Part shown: positions 19,606 through 28,998 of the stretch, in pieces | How the letters are laid out: each line of letters starts with the position of its first letter | Numbering within the stretch: position 1 is the first letter of the stretch | NCBI GenBank assembly: GCA_016191105.1 | Contig: JACPPH010000008.1 | Location: 66,667 to 130,666, forward strand | DNA from: Candidatus Saccharimonadota bacterium | GTDB lineage: Bacteria; Patescibacteriota; Saccharimonadia; CAILAD01; BJGX01 | Direction: 5' to 3' | Length of the DNA: 64,000 bases | Translations under genes and position numbers: made by a program | The notes under the pieces: generated by a model | The model's database searches: none | Told to the model about the DNA's origin: nothing | Seen by the model: the letters and a program-made list of their open reading frames with translations, nothing else

Positions 19606-20654
19606 CTAATAACCTTGCCGCTGCCTTTTTTAGCTAAGACTTTGCCGTCTTTGTAGACGGTATTGCCGCGTAAGTCTACTTGCTTAACTTTGCCCACAAC
19701 TTTGCGGCCAGCAAACGGGCTCCAGCCAGCTTTGGTCTTAAGGTCTTTTTCGTCAACTTCGTACTCCCTCATCTCCACAACAATCTTGGTTTTGGGGTCG
19801 GTCTTAACATTAAAGATCTTGGCTGGGTTAGTGTGGAGCTTGTCGACAATTTGCTTACGGGTTAAACGACCTTCTTTTTCGGCCGTCAGCAACATTGCTA
19901 GAGTTGTCTCTAGCCCTGGCACGCCGAAAGCGGGTGGATCGGCCTCTTTTTCCTCGCGCGTATGCGGGGCGTGGTCGCTTTCTATAACATCTATATAGTC
20001 CATATGATCCCACAAGTACTTCTGATCTTTGGCGCTCTTGAGCGACGGCTTCATCATGGCGTAGCCGTGCATAGTTTTCACCTTATCCTCCGTCATAAAT
20101 AAGTGATGGGGCGTAACGCCGCAAAATACCGGCAGGCCGTCGTCTTTGGCCTTAACCACAAAACCCAACTCCTCCTCGCTACTGGCGTGGGCCACGTAGG
20201 TGGTTTTGCGGGTTTTACGCACGGCATCGTCTACCAAATGGATCACGTCGTCTTCGGCATGCAGCAAAATTGGCTTATCACTTGGCCAAGCCTCGTAAAT
20301 GTCGATTAACTTTTCTTTGTCGACAATGAAGTTGCCGGTAGTTACGTTCATATAAACTTTAAGGCCGGCAACTTTGTCGATAACTTTACTGAACTCGTCG
20401 AAATTATCGCCCAAAGTACCAAAATGAATGCCAAGATCGCACACAATTTTGCCCTTAGCACTGGCAATCTTGCGCTCTAGCCGCTCCAGTGTAGTAATTG
20501 GTTCGGCGTTGTTGGGCATGTCCATAATCGTAGTAAAACCACCAGCCAGGGCTGCCGTAGTGCCTGTATAAAAATCTTCTTTGTAGGTTTGGCCAGGATC
20601 GCGCAAATGCACATGCGGATCAATTAGGCCTGGTAAAGTTATTGTGCTTGCCAC
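19602..20654 (-). CDS. pyrC: dihydroorotase
   Basis: LPGLIDPHVHLRDPG and ESDHAPHT motifs. AGGAGG lies 5 nt upstream of the GTG start. Confidence 0.8.
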   Translation of the reverse strand: MASTITLPGLIDPHVHLRDPGQTYKEDFYTGTTAALAGGFTTIMDMPNNAEPITTLERLERKIASAKGKIVCDLGIHFGTLGDNFDEFSKVIDKVAGLKVYMNVTTGNFIVDKEKLIDIYEAWPSDKPILLHAEDDVIHLVDDAVRKTRKTTYVAHASSEEELGFVVKAKDDGLPVFCGVTPHHLFMTEDKVKTMHGYAMMKPSLKSAKDQKYLWDHMDYIDVIESDHAPHTREEKEADPPAFGVPGLETTLAMLLTAEKEGRLTRKQIVDKLHTNPAKIFNVKTDPKTKIVVEMREYEVDEKDLKTKAGWSPFAGRKVVGKVKQVDLRGNTVYKDGKVLAKKGSGKVIS

Positions 20655-20742
20655 AAACACCTCCTCTTTATAAATTTAACTATAACATAGCTCGTAAAAC
20701 TAGGCCTTTGACAAATGCCAAAGCTTGCGTCCATAATGGTGT

Positions 20743-21879
20743 ATGGAAAAGCAATTGCAGCAAGCTCTGACGTTCGACGATGTGCTTTTGAAGCCCGGTT
20801 ACGCCGGGTTTTTGCGTTCTAGTATCTCGACACGCACCAGGCTAACCAAAAACATTACGCTCAAAATCCCACTGGTGTCGGCGCCTATGGATACTGTTAC
20901 CGAAGCCAAGTTGGCCATAGCCCTAGCCAAAGTTGGCGGCATTGGCTTTATCCATAGAAACCTAACTATTGAAGATCAGGCCAAGCAAGTTACACAAGTT
21001 AAGAAGCAAGACTTGTTGGTGGGTGCGGCAGTTGGCTCGAGCCCTGGCTACGAAAAACGGGTGGAGGCCTTGGCAAGGGCTGGTGTGGATGTGGTTTTGG
21101 TAGACTCAGCCCACGGCTACGCCAAACAAGTTATTAATACCATTAAAGCGATTCGCAAAAAGTACCCAAGGGTAGATTTGATTGGCGGCAACGTTGCCAG
21201 CTACGACGGTGCCAAAGCACTAATAGACGCTGGCGTGGATGGGCTGCGGGTCGGCATGGGGCCTGGTGCGATTTGTTCAACTAGAATTGTGTCGGGCATG
21301 GGTGTGCCGCAAATTACAGCTATTACCGAGACCACCCGAGCTGCCAAGCGCCGCAACATACCAGTGATTGCCGACGGCGGCATTAACTACAGCGGCGATG
21401 TTACCAAGTCATTAGCGGCCGGGGCTAGCACCGTTATGCTGGGCCGGCTGTTTGCGGCCTGCCAAGAATCAGCTAGTGAGACGGTAACACTCACTCGCAA
21501 CCAAGTGCCGAGTCGATTCCAAAGCATTATCAATGGTGCCAAAACCTATAAGTTTAAAAAGTATCGCGGTATGGGCTCGGTAGGGGCAATGAAGAAGGGG
21601 TTATCGATAAGCTCCGAAGACGAGTTTCATGGCAAAAGCTACAAAGACGAGCAGTTGATAGCCGAGGGCGTAGAGGGTATGGTGCCCATGGATGGCTCTG
21701 TGGCTGCCAGTGCTGGCGAACTAGTGGGCGGCCTGACCTCGGGCATGTACTATGTCGGCGCTAAGTCGGTTGCCGAGCTACACAAGGTCGCACAGTTTAT
21801 GCAAATATCACAATCTTCACTCAAAGAATCCCACCCGCACGATCTGTTTATAACCAACTCCGGTTCTAGATATATATGA
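20743..21879 (+). CDS. IMP dehydrogenase/GMP reductase family protein lacking CBS domains
   Basis: LTFDDVLLKPGYA N-terminus, GPGAICSTR active-site loop and 378 aa. It could be a CBS-less GuaB or GuaC. Confidence 0.7.
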   Translation: MEKQLQQALTFDDVLLKPGYAGFLRSSISTRTRLTKNITLKIPLVSAPMDTVTEAKLAIALAKVGGIGFIHRNLTIEDQAKQVTQVKKQDLLVGAAVGSSPGYEKRVEALARAGVDVVLVDSAHGYAKQVINTIKAIRKKYPRVDLIGGNVASYDGAKALIDAGVDGLRVGMGPGAICSTRIVSGMGVPQITAITETTRAAKRRNIPVIADGGINYSGDVTKSLAAGASTVMLGRLFAACQESASETVTLTRNQVPSRFQSIINGAKTYKFKKYRGMGSVGAMKKGLSISSEDEFHGKSYKDEQLIAEGVEGMVPMDGSVAASAGELVGGLTSGMYYVGAKSVAELHKVAQFMQISQSSLKESHPHDLFITNSGSRYI

Positions 21880-22253
21880 GGGGTATTGAAAACCGGGATG
21901 GTGAAATTATAAAGGCAGGCTGTGTCGTAGTCCACGACAAAAAAGTTCTATTAGTGACCGATAAAGATCAAAAAATATGGTCATTTCCCAAAGGACATGT
22001 AGAGGCAGGTGAGTCGCTTGAACAAGCAGCCACAAGAGAAACCTTAGAAGAGACGGGCTGCAAAGTAGAAATTAAAAAACGTCTAATCCCAGACGTTACA
22101 TATACAAGCAAGGAGCTACAAAAGCCGGTAAGACTAACCTTGTTTTTAGCTGGTTTGCTTACCTCCGGCCTAGACGCCGAAGAAAAATCTTCGTGGGTGG
22201 ATTTGGAGCGGGCAAGAGAAATAATCTATCCTAATCTCAGGTTGTACATCTAG
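21876..22253 (+). CDS. NUDIX hydrolase
   Basis: Nudix box GHVEAGESLEQAATRETLEETG. Confidence 0.75.
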   Translation: MRGIENRDGEIIKAGCVVVHDKKVLLVTDKDQKIWSFPKGHVEAGESLEQAATRETLEETGCKVEIKKRLIPDVTYTSKELQKPVRLTLFLAGLLTSGLDAEEKSSWVDLERAREIIYPNLRLYI

Positions 22254-22894
22254 GGCTCAATAAGGTCAGAAATCTTTTTAATGTTAAGCATCAGACCTTT
22301 ACCGTTACCGTATTGAATCACACCCTTGCGACGCAGTTTGCCCATTGTGCCACTTACCGTTTCGCGAGTTAGCCCTACAAAATCGGCAAACTCTTGCTGA
22401 CTCAGTGGTATGTCAACCGTTACTCGCTCCGGGTTGCGCCGGTCGCCAAAGCGACGCGAAAGAAAGTCGAGTGAATAGATTATTTTGTCTTCGGCCTTAA
22501 GTTGTTCCAGGCCATTGACCCGCCTGGCAAAATCTAAGTAACGTTCGGCCATTATGGTTAGGAAGTGAAAAGCAACTTTGGGTTCTGAAAGCATAAACTT
22601 TTGAAAATCCACCAGTGGCACCAGCGCCAGCTTGCAATCGGTATAGGCCTCGTAGTAGTAGAGCGCATGATCGGCCTTAGTATAGATGTAACTAACCGGA
22701 ATGGCTTCGCCAGGGGTGTCGTAGATTACAGTTTTTTGCTCGCCCTCTTTATTAATGTCATAGGCTTTGACAATGCCGGTTTGAATTATGTAGACATTAA
22801 CAACATCATCGCCCTGGTGCAAGATCACCTCGCCAGCAGTGAAGTCTTTGGTTGGAAAACTGGCAACGAACTTATCTAGTTTTCTATGTGGCAA
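22250..22894 (-). CDS. Crp/Fnr family transcriptional regulator
   Basis: cNMP-binding-like N-terminal domain and C-terminal HTH REFADFVGLTRETVSGTMGKLRRKGVI. TTG start (uncertain). Confidence 0.75.
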   Translation of the reverse strand: MPHRKLDKFVASFPTKDFTAGEVILHQGDDVVNVYIIQTGIVKAYDINKEGEQKTVIYDTPGEAIPVSYIYTKADHALYYYEAYTDCKLALVPLVDFQKFMLSEPKVAFHFLTIMAERYLDFARRVNGLEQLKAEDKIIYSLDFLSRRFGDRRNPERVTVDIPLSQQEFADFVGLTRETVSGTMGKLRRKGVIQYGNGKGLMLNIKKISDLIEP

Positions 22895-22950
22895 AGTCTA
22901 GCCTCATATAAGCACTATACACCCCCGTTGTTTAAAATAAAGGGCTCATT

Positions 22951-22966
22951 TGTGAGAAATTTCGCA
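22951..22966. promoter_or_regulatory. candidate CRP/FNR-type operator TGTGA-N6-TCGCA
   Basis: tTGTGAgaaattTCGCAg lies in the divergent region next to the Crp/Fnr gene, one mismatch from TGTGA-N6-TCACA. Confidence 0.3.
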
Positions 22967-23024
22967 GCTGCAGAAAATCTCTAGAATTACACTACGAAAG
23001 CAACCTAAATAAAAGGAGGCAAGT

Positions 23025-23198
23025 ATGAAAAAAAGAGACCGATATCTAAAAAAAATACCAAAAGCCCTAACCTATGATCCAGGTAAAATTGACGACCTTT
23101 TTGATAAAATGGCCAGTAAATGGGCAATGCGAGCTGAACGCCGCATGAAACCATATTATAGACACAGCAGCAAGTTTACGGCTGCCACAACCCACTAG
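23025..23198 (+). CDS. small basic hypothetical protein (57 aa)
   Basis: AAAGGAGG lies 6 nt upstream of the ATG. Below the 60-aa cutoff of the ORF track. MKKRDRYLKKIPK... Confidence 0.3.
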   Translation: MKKRDRYLKKIPKALTYDPGKIDDLFDKMASKWAMRAERRMKPYYRHSSKFTAATTH

Positions 23199-23244
23199 CA
23201 CACCCTAGTCCGGAACTAGTAAACAACTCCTTACAACAAAACAC

Positions 23245-23300
23245 TTCACTTCCACCGATCCCCGGCAGTTGGTCGCCCTCGCTTGCGACCTTAAACGCCG
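23245..23300 (+). terminator. nested GC-rich stem-loop followed by TTTGGTGTT (probable terminator)
   Basis: ccccggc/gccgggg encloses ggtcgc/gcgacc. A tataat box for the next gene follows. Confidence 0.35.
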
Positions 23301-23324
23301 GGGTTTGGTGTTATAATCAGCGGT

Positions 23325-23756
23325 ATGAGCAAAGAAAAAGCATTTCGAATTGGTACTGGCGCAATTATTTTTAAAAACGGCGAGATCTTGCTCGGGCTAC
23401 GCGGACCAAAAGCTCGTGATCAGCATTACAAGTGGGAGCTGTTGGGCGGTTTGCTCAAATCTGGCGAAACTCCACAAGAAGCCATAAAACGTGAGGTTAA
23501 GGAAGAAGCTGGGATTAAGATTGAGCCAATCGACGTTATTGGCACCAATGTGCGTGATAGTGCCGATGGCAAAGAGCAATGGGTGGGCCTAACTTTTTGG
23601 GCCAAGCACGTTTCGGGCGAGCCCAAGCGAACCGAGCTTGACAGAGTAATCGATCATAAATGGCTAGCGCTAGATGAGGCGCTCAATGAAGACCTTACAC
23701 CCATGACACGTTATCAACTCGAGCAGTATCAGGCGTGGCTTACGCGTAATAAATAG
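23325..23756 (+). CDS. NUDIX hydrolase
   Basis: Nudix box GGLLKSGETPQEAIKREVKEEAGI. Confidence 0.75.
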   Translation: MSKEKAFRIGTGAIIFKNGEILLGLRGPKARDQHYKWELLGGLLKSGETPQEAIKREVKEEAGIKIEPIDVIGTNVRDSADGKEQWVGLTFWAKHVSGEPKRTELDRVIDHKWLALDEALNEDLTPMTRYQLEQYQAWLTRNK

Positions 23757-23840
23757 GGTAATAAGTTGTGTTTTGGCTCCTAACCAATTATATTTATAAA
23801 CATAAGCATTAAATTAAAATCATAAGGAGTCATAGCAAAA

Positions 23841-24269
23841 ATGACTGATTACGGAACAACGACTTACTCCACGACTGGCAATCCAGCTGCCGTCGGGGCG
23901 TTTTTGAGTGCCTACCTGGTATTCATATTGATCCTACTGGTGGTAGGGATTATCCCAGTTTGGATGGTTTACAAAAAAGCTGGCAAACCAGGTTGGGCGG
24001 CGATTATTCCAATCTATAACTTCTATATATTGCTAGACATCGTTGGTCGACCAGTATGGTGGTTAGTGTTCTTACTACTGCCAGTAGTGCCATTTGTGGG
24101 TCCATTGGCTTTCTTGATCGTCTGGATCATAGTTATGCTCGATCTGGCCAAACGGTTCAACAAGAGTACGGTATTTGCCGTGGTGGGATTGGTTATATTC
24201 CACATTATTGGCATGTACATGCTGGCCTTTGGCGATGCCAAGTACAAGGCAGTTGGTTCCAAAAAATAG
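23841..24269 (+). CDS. integral membrane protein (uncharacterised family; AGKPGWAAIIPIYN motif)
   Basis: About 4 TM helices. The conserved-looking KAGKPGWAAIIPIYNFYILLDIVGRP segment resembles DUF5684-type proteins (by recollection). Confidence 0.4.
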   Translation: MTDYGTTTYSTTGNPAAVGAFLSAYLVFILILLVVGIIPVWMVYKKAGKPGWAAIIPIYNFYILLDIVGRPVWWLVFLLLPVVPFVGPLAFLIVWIIVMLDLAKRFNKSTVFAVVGLVIFHIIGMYMLAFGDAKYKAVGSKK

Positions 24270-24288
24270 CCGGTCAAAGCCTGCTAAT

Positions 24289-24324
24289 AAGAAGACCCGT
24301 AAAAGGGTCTTCTTAGGCGTTGTT
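24289..24324 (+). terminator. rho-independent terminator-like hairpin
   Basis: aagaagaccc-gtaaaa-gggtcttctt, a 10-bp perfect stem downstream of the 24269 stop. The T-tract is weak. Confidence 0.4.
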
Positions 24325-24369
24325 AATTGTAGTAAAAAAAGCTATACTTTGGCTTAAGCGTAATGAAAC

Positions 24370-26484
24370 GTGGTGGAAGATCAAACACAAACATTAGATA
24401 CATCACTGGGTAGGCGCATCAACTGGTTGAGGGTGCTGGCCGATCTTTTGATTATAACTACGCTTTTGGGCGTAATTGCCATTATTTTAATGCTTTGGCG
24501 AATCAACAACCTGCCAAGCCAAACCAGTAATGTATCTACCACGACACCTGTAGCCAACGGTTCAATCACCAGTGCAAAACTCGCAGCCGGCTCGGTTGGC
24601 CTGGATCAGCTTTCGCCCGATATTGCCAGCTTTCTGCAAAATGCTTTGCAAAACCCTGGTGGTTCAGCAACAAATATAGTGGGCGCCTGTACCTACTTCG
24701 TGGTTTGCAACACGCCGATAGTTGAGCAGGCCAATATGGCCATTCAATCGGTTAATCCATACTTTGTGGGTGCCCAAATCCGAGGCGCCAAAGGCCAAGT
24801 TAATGACATATTACAGGTTCAAAACTCCAGCGGATATCCCCTGGTGAATGTTAATGCCAATGGTCAGGTGGGTATAAACTACCCTCTGCCACAAACAACT
24901 TTGGCGGTAAATGGCACTGCTCAATTCGTAGGCCACACGGCTACTGGCAATGCCTCGGCCATCGACAACCCAAGTATTCTAACACCGCTTACCGGTACAC
25001 CAGTAATTCGTGTACAGGGCGTTCAGGAGAGGGTAAGTAGTCTAACACCTGGTTATAACTTTTATACCGGCGCCTCGTCGGAATACTTCGTAGACTTAGG
25101 CCAGTCTGCCACGTCTCAATATTTTACTGGTGGCTACCAAGCGGGCGAGATCGTGAGTGGCAACCCTCAAAATTACCTAGCGCTGGCAGGTAATGCCGGC
25201 CTGGCCGTACATGAGGGCACTGGCAATATTGGGCTCATGGGCGGTGTTATGGGCTATGCTTATAACAACTCGAGTGGAACGATCAACGCTGCGGCCGGTA
25301 CTTTTGGATATCTCAAGAACAACGATAACGGCACTATTAGTACCGGCAATGGTGCGGCTGGGTTAGTTGAAAACAATGGTGGTGGCACTATTGATGTTGC
25401 AAACGGACTATCTGGCGTAATCTATAATGGCGGATTGCTTGGCAGCGGCACCGGCAATATGGGCAATGCTAATGGGGTTACGGCGGGAGTATTTAACAAA
25501 GGCAGTGGTAATATTAGTAATGTTTCGGTAGTGGATATTCAGCGCGTCACCAACACTGGTAGTGGCTCTATCGCAGCCGTTCACGGTCTGTATGTTGCCG
25601 ATCAGAGTGGAGTGGCGACTACCAGTGAAAGTTATAATATCTATTCACGCGGCCAAGCTAGCAAAAATGTGCTTGACGGCGCGCTTTCGGTTGGCAATGA
25701 CCCAACTGTGTTTGGAACTAACTCTAGACTGATGGTTAATCACAACACGTCTTTTGGCTGGCAGACGACCGACAACGCAGCAATTGCCCAAATTAATGTA
25801 ACAGGTGCCAATACGGCTCTTGTGCTTCAGGGTTCGGCATTCTCAACCGGCGATCTTCAGCAATGGCAAAACTTTGCTGGCACGGTTTTAGGCAGGGTGA
25901 CACAAAGCGGCGCCATGGCAATTGGTTCTAGTACCTCGCCCACTAACAAACTAACTGTTACCGACACCACCACCAACGTGGCTAAATTCAATGGTTCTGG
26001 TGGCACCCAGTGTACGGTCGTAACTGGTACTGGTTGGAGCTGTAGCTCCGATGAGTCACTCAAAACCAATATTCTAAACATTACCAACGGGCTAGACATT
26101 ATCAACAAACTACAGGGCGTTACCTACAACTGGAAGGCTGACCCGAATGGCACTCAACAAGATGGCTTTATTGCCCAAGACATTCAAAAAGTGCTGCCTG
26201 AGCTAGTCACCACCGACTCAGATGGCAAACTGTCTCTCAACAAAGACGGCATTATGCCCTTTATAGTTGAGGCTGTTAAACAACAATCTGGCAACATCGA
26301 CAAAGCCAATCAACAGCTGGCCGATCAGGGATTGCAGTTAGCCAACCTTACAGAAGAGCTGAAGGCTGTGAGCACAAAAGTAGGTGAGCAGGACAACGAA
26401 ATTAACGATCTCAAAGCCAGAGTGCAGATTCTCGAGCAAAAACTCAATAGCAGCTCAAATCAAACACCCAACCCAACTCCATAA
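24370..26484 (+). CDS. membrane-anchored tail-fibre-like protein with C-terminal peptidase S74 intramolecular chaperone domain
   Basis: N-terminal TM helix. ITSAKLAAGSVGLDQL is a tail-fibre-like repeat. A long Gly/Asn-rich region is predicted beta. The C-terminal SDESLKTNI...GVTYNWK...GFIAQDIQKVLPELV...IVEAVKQQ plus a coiled coil matches the endosialidase-chaperone domain. Confidence 0.6.
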   Translation: MVEDQTQTLDTSLGRRINWLRVLADLLIITTLLGVIAIILMLWRINNLPSQTSNVSTTTPVANGSITSAKLAAGSVGLDQLSPDIASFLQNALQNPGGSATNIVGACTYFVVCNTPIVEQANMAIQSVNPYFVGAQIRGAKGQVNDILQVQNSSGYPLVNVNANGQVGINYPLPQTTLAVNGTAQFVGHTATGNASAIDNPSILTPLTGTPVIRVQGVQERVSSLTPGYNFYTGASSEYFVDLGQSATSQYFTGGYQAGEIVSGNPQNYLALAGNAGLAVHEGTGNIGLMGGVMGYAYNNSSGTINAAAGTFGYLKNNDNGTISTGNGAAGLVENNGGGTIDVANGLSGVIYNGGLLGSGTGNMGNANGVTAGVFNKGSGNISNVSVVDIQRVTNTGSGSIAAVHGLYVADQSGVATTSESYNIYSRGQASKNVLDGALSVGNDPTVFGTNSRLMVNHNTSFGWQTTDNAAIAQINVTGANTALVLQGSAFSTGDLQQWQNFAGTVLGRVTQSGAMAIGSSTSPTNKLTVTDTTTNVAKFNGSGGTQCTVVTGTGWSCSSDESLKTNILNITNGLDIINKLQGVTYNWKADPNGTQQDGFIAQDIQKVLPELVTTDSDGKLSLNKDGIMPFIVEAVKQQSGNIDKANQQLADQGLQLANLTEELKAVSTKVGEQDNEINDLKARVQILEQKLNSSSNQTPNPTP

Positions 26485-26543
26485 TTGTTAGGTGTAAAAA
26501 TTCTTCTACTCAAAGTCAGCTGCTTTGGCGTACAATAGAGTGC

Positions 26544-27698
26544 ATGACCCAACACGACTTTAAAGCCGAATCACTAGCTCAAAGCAAAAAGCTTCATGGC
26601 AATATTGAGCTGAATACCAAGACGCCTATTAAGAATGAGCATGACTTAAGCGTGTTTTATACGCCCGGGATTGGGGCGGTCTCTTCGTTTCTAGCCAAGC
26701 ACCCCGACCAAGCCAGTGAATACACCATTAAAAACAACACCGTGGCAGTGGTCTCTGATGGTTCGGCGGTATTGGGGCTTGGCAATATTGGCCCGTTTGG
26801 GGCATTGCCGGTTATGGAGGGCAAATCGGCTTTGTTCAAAGAGCTTGGCGACCTCGACGCTTTTCCAATCTGTTTGGACACTCAAGATGTCGATGAAATA
26901 GTGGCGGCCGTAAAGCACATTGCCCCAGTTTTTGCCGGCATTAACTTAGAAGACATTGCCGCGCCTAACTGCTTTGAAATAGAAAAGCGTTTGCAACAGG
27001 AGCTGGACATTCCTGTTATTCACGACGACCAGCACGCCACTGCGATTGTAGTGCTGGCTGGGCTCATAAATGCACTAAAAGTTACTAGTCGTGATACCAA
27101 AAGCTCCTCGGTAGTTTTGATTGGTGCGGGGGCGGCTGGTAACGGCGTGGCTAAGCTTTTGCTAGCCCATGGCTTTAAAGACATAGTTGCAGTAGACAGC
27201 AAGGGTATTGTCTCAAGCAATCGCCAAGACCTGGACCCTGAGAAGAAGAACTTAGCTTTGATAACCAACCCCCAGAACATAGACGGAGATTTAAGCAGAG
27301 CCGTTGAAGGGAGAGATGTTTTGATAGGATTGTCTGGCCGGCCAGACCTGGTGAGTGCAGAATTGGTGCGTAGCATGAAGCCCAACCCAATCGTATTTGC
27401 TCTGGGCAACCCCAATCCTGAGATATTGCCAGATGTTGCTACGGGCGCAGGGGCTGCGGTGGTTGCTACGGGTAGATCAGACTTTCCCAATCAGATCAAC
27501 AATGCTTTAGTGTTTCCAGGCATGTTCAAAGGTGTAATTAAGGCTAGACTCAAGAGAATCGATGACGGGCATAAGCTTTTGGCGGCTCAAGCCTTGGCAG
27601 GTGTGGTGCAGGCTCCAACTCCAAATATGATTGTTCCAAGCGTGTTTGATAAGTTAGTGGTGCCAGCCATTGTAGCCAGTTTAGAGCAAAAACTTTAA
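26544..27698 (+). CDS. NAD(P)-dependent malic enzyme (short form)
   Basis: VFYTPGIG..., HDDQHATAIVVLAGLINALK and the VLIGAGAAGNGVAKLL Rossmann motif. Confidence 0.8.
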   Translation: MTQHDFKAESLAQSKKLHGNIELNTKTPIKNEHDLSVFYTPGIGAVSSFLAKHPDQASEYTIKNNTVAVVSDGSAVLGLGNIGPFGALPVMEGKSALFKELGDLDAFPICLDTQDVDEIVAAVKHIAPVFAGINLEDIAAPNCFEIEKRLQQELDIPVIHDDQHATAIVVLAGLINALKVTSRDTKSSSVVLIGAGAAGNGVAKLLLAHGFKDIVAVDSKGIVSSNRQDLDPEKKNLALITNPQNIDGDLSRAVEGRDVLIGLSGRPDLVSAELVRSMKPNPIVFALGNPNPEILPDVATGAGAAVVATGRSDFPNQINNALVFPGMFKGVIKARLKRIDDGHKLLAAQALAGVVQAPTPNMIVPSVFDKLVVPAIVASLEQKL

Positions 27699-27716
27699 AA
27701 AACCCCAGTTTAAAAC

Positions 27717-27746
27717 TTGACATGTTCGTTCTGTGTTCGATATACT
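27717..27746 (+). promoter_or_regulatory. lexA promoter (TTGACA-18-TATACT) with embedded GTTC-N7-GTTC direct repeat (candidate SOS operator)
   Basis: ttgaca at 27717-27722 and tatact at 27741-27746. GTTCgttctgtGTTC at 27724-27738 lies in the spacer. Confidence 0.4.
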
Positions 27747-27783
27747 GTTAAGTGAAATTATCGTATTAATGGAGGGACGTTTC

Positions 27784-28416
27784 ATGGGTAAGGTTCGCCA
27801 GGCGCTTACTAAAAAACAAAAGAAAACACTCGATTTTATATCTACATTTATAGAGCAAAAGGGCTATTCGCCCAGCTATCGTGAGATCGCCGAGGGTCTT
27901 AAGCTAAACTCTGTGGCTACAGTTGCTCAACATGTCGACACCTTGGTGGCCAAAGGCCTATTGGTAAAAGGCAATAATTCGGCTCGCTCGCTTATGCCGA
28001 CCGACGAGGTGGAGACTCAGATAAACGAAAAAGGCATTCAGCTGCCCATCTTGGGCTTGATTGCGGCCGGAAGCCCCATCGAAACGCTCGAGGGCCACAA
28101 AGAAACATTGGAGGTGCCACCATTCATGGTCGGCAACAAAGACTCCTATGTGCTACAGGTAAAGGGCCAAAGTATGATCGAGGATGGCATTCACGAAGGC
28201 GACTTTGTGGTTGTGCAGGAGAAAGAAGTGCCCAGCAATGGCGATGTGGTGGTGGCTTTGGTAAACGGCTCAGAGGCTACGCTCAAGCGCTACTACAAAG
28301 AGGCTCGCCGTATTCGCTTGCAACCCGCCAACTCCAGCATGGAGCCAATCTATATAGAACCCGGCACTCAGCTCAAAATCCAGGGCGTAGTTATCGGCTT
28401 GATTCGTAAGTACTAA
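27784..28416 (+). CDS. lexA: LexA repressor
   Basis: Winged-HTH N-terminus plus S24 peptidase domain (GQSMIEDGIHEGDFVVV). GGAGGG lies 6 nt upstream of ATG 27784. Confidence 0.85.
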   Translation: MGKVRQALTKKQKKTLDFISTFIEQKGYSPSYREIAEGLKLNSVATVAQHVDTLVAKGLLVKGNNSARSLMPTDEVETQINEKGIQLPILGLIAAGSPIETLEGHKETLEVPPFMVGNKDSYVLQVKGQSMIEDGIHEGDFVVVQEKEVPSNGDVVVALVNGSEATLKRYYKEARRIRLQPANSSMEPIYIEPGTQLKIQGVVIGLIRKY

Positions 28417-28428
28417 GTTCTAAAAACT

Positions 28429-28998
28429 ATGGCAGATCCTCGAGAAAATAGCTTATTAAACATTCTTTTAGACAACTCTACTCTGAAATATGTGTTAGAT
28501 AAAACCGCCGAACTTAACTTGCCCAATTGGTATCTTGCTGCAGGGTCAGTATCACAAACCTATTGGAACCATGTGCATGGTTTCGAACCTATGTATGGGA
28601 TTAAAGATTTTGATTTGGTTTATTTTGACCCTGACATCTCATACCAAGCCGAGGATAAGTTTATTAAGCACGGAGACCAGCTTTTTTACTCCCTCCCAAT
28701 CGAAGTCGAGATCCGAAATCAAGCTCGAGTTCACATTTGGTATCCTGATCACTTTGGCAAAAGCATCAACCCATATAGCTCGGTCGAAGATGGTATTTCG
28801 AGCTGGGGAACAACTTTAACTTGTATTGGAGTTCGCAAGGAAGGCAATAATTACAAAGTGTTTGCTGCATATGGATTAGAGGATTTATTTAGTTTAACCA
28901 TCAGACCCAATAAAAGTGTTATGACAAAGGATATGTATTATAATAAAGCCGAACGATGGGTCGAGACTTGGCCTAAACTAATTACTTTGCCCTGGTGA
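28429..28998 (+). CDS. nucleotidyltransferase-fold protein (DUF925/NTP_transf_6-like), co-operonic with lexA
   Basis: AAGSVSQ...DFDLVYFD carries the GS...DxD pattern of the Pol-beta nucleotidyltransferase superfamily. It begins 12 nt after the lexA stop. Confidence 0.45.
   Translation: MADPRENSLLNILLDNSTLKYVLDKTAELNLPNWYLAAGSVSQTYWNHVHGFEPMYGIKDFDLVYFDPDISYQAEDKFIKHGDQLFYSLPIEVEIRNQARVHIWYPDHFGKSINPYSSVEDGISSWGTTLTCIGVRKEGNNYKVFAAYGLEDLFSLTIRPNKSVMTKDMYYNKAERWVETWPKLITLPW

Noticed and set aside
27733-27783. GTG 27733 as the lexA start (ORF-track)
   Set aside because: It would start inside the promoter -10 region. GGAGGG-N6-ATG at 27784 gives the canonical LexA N-terminus.
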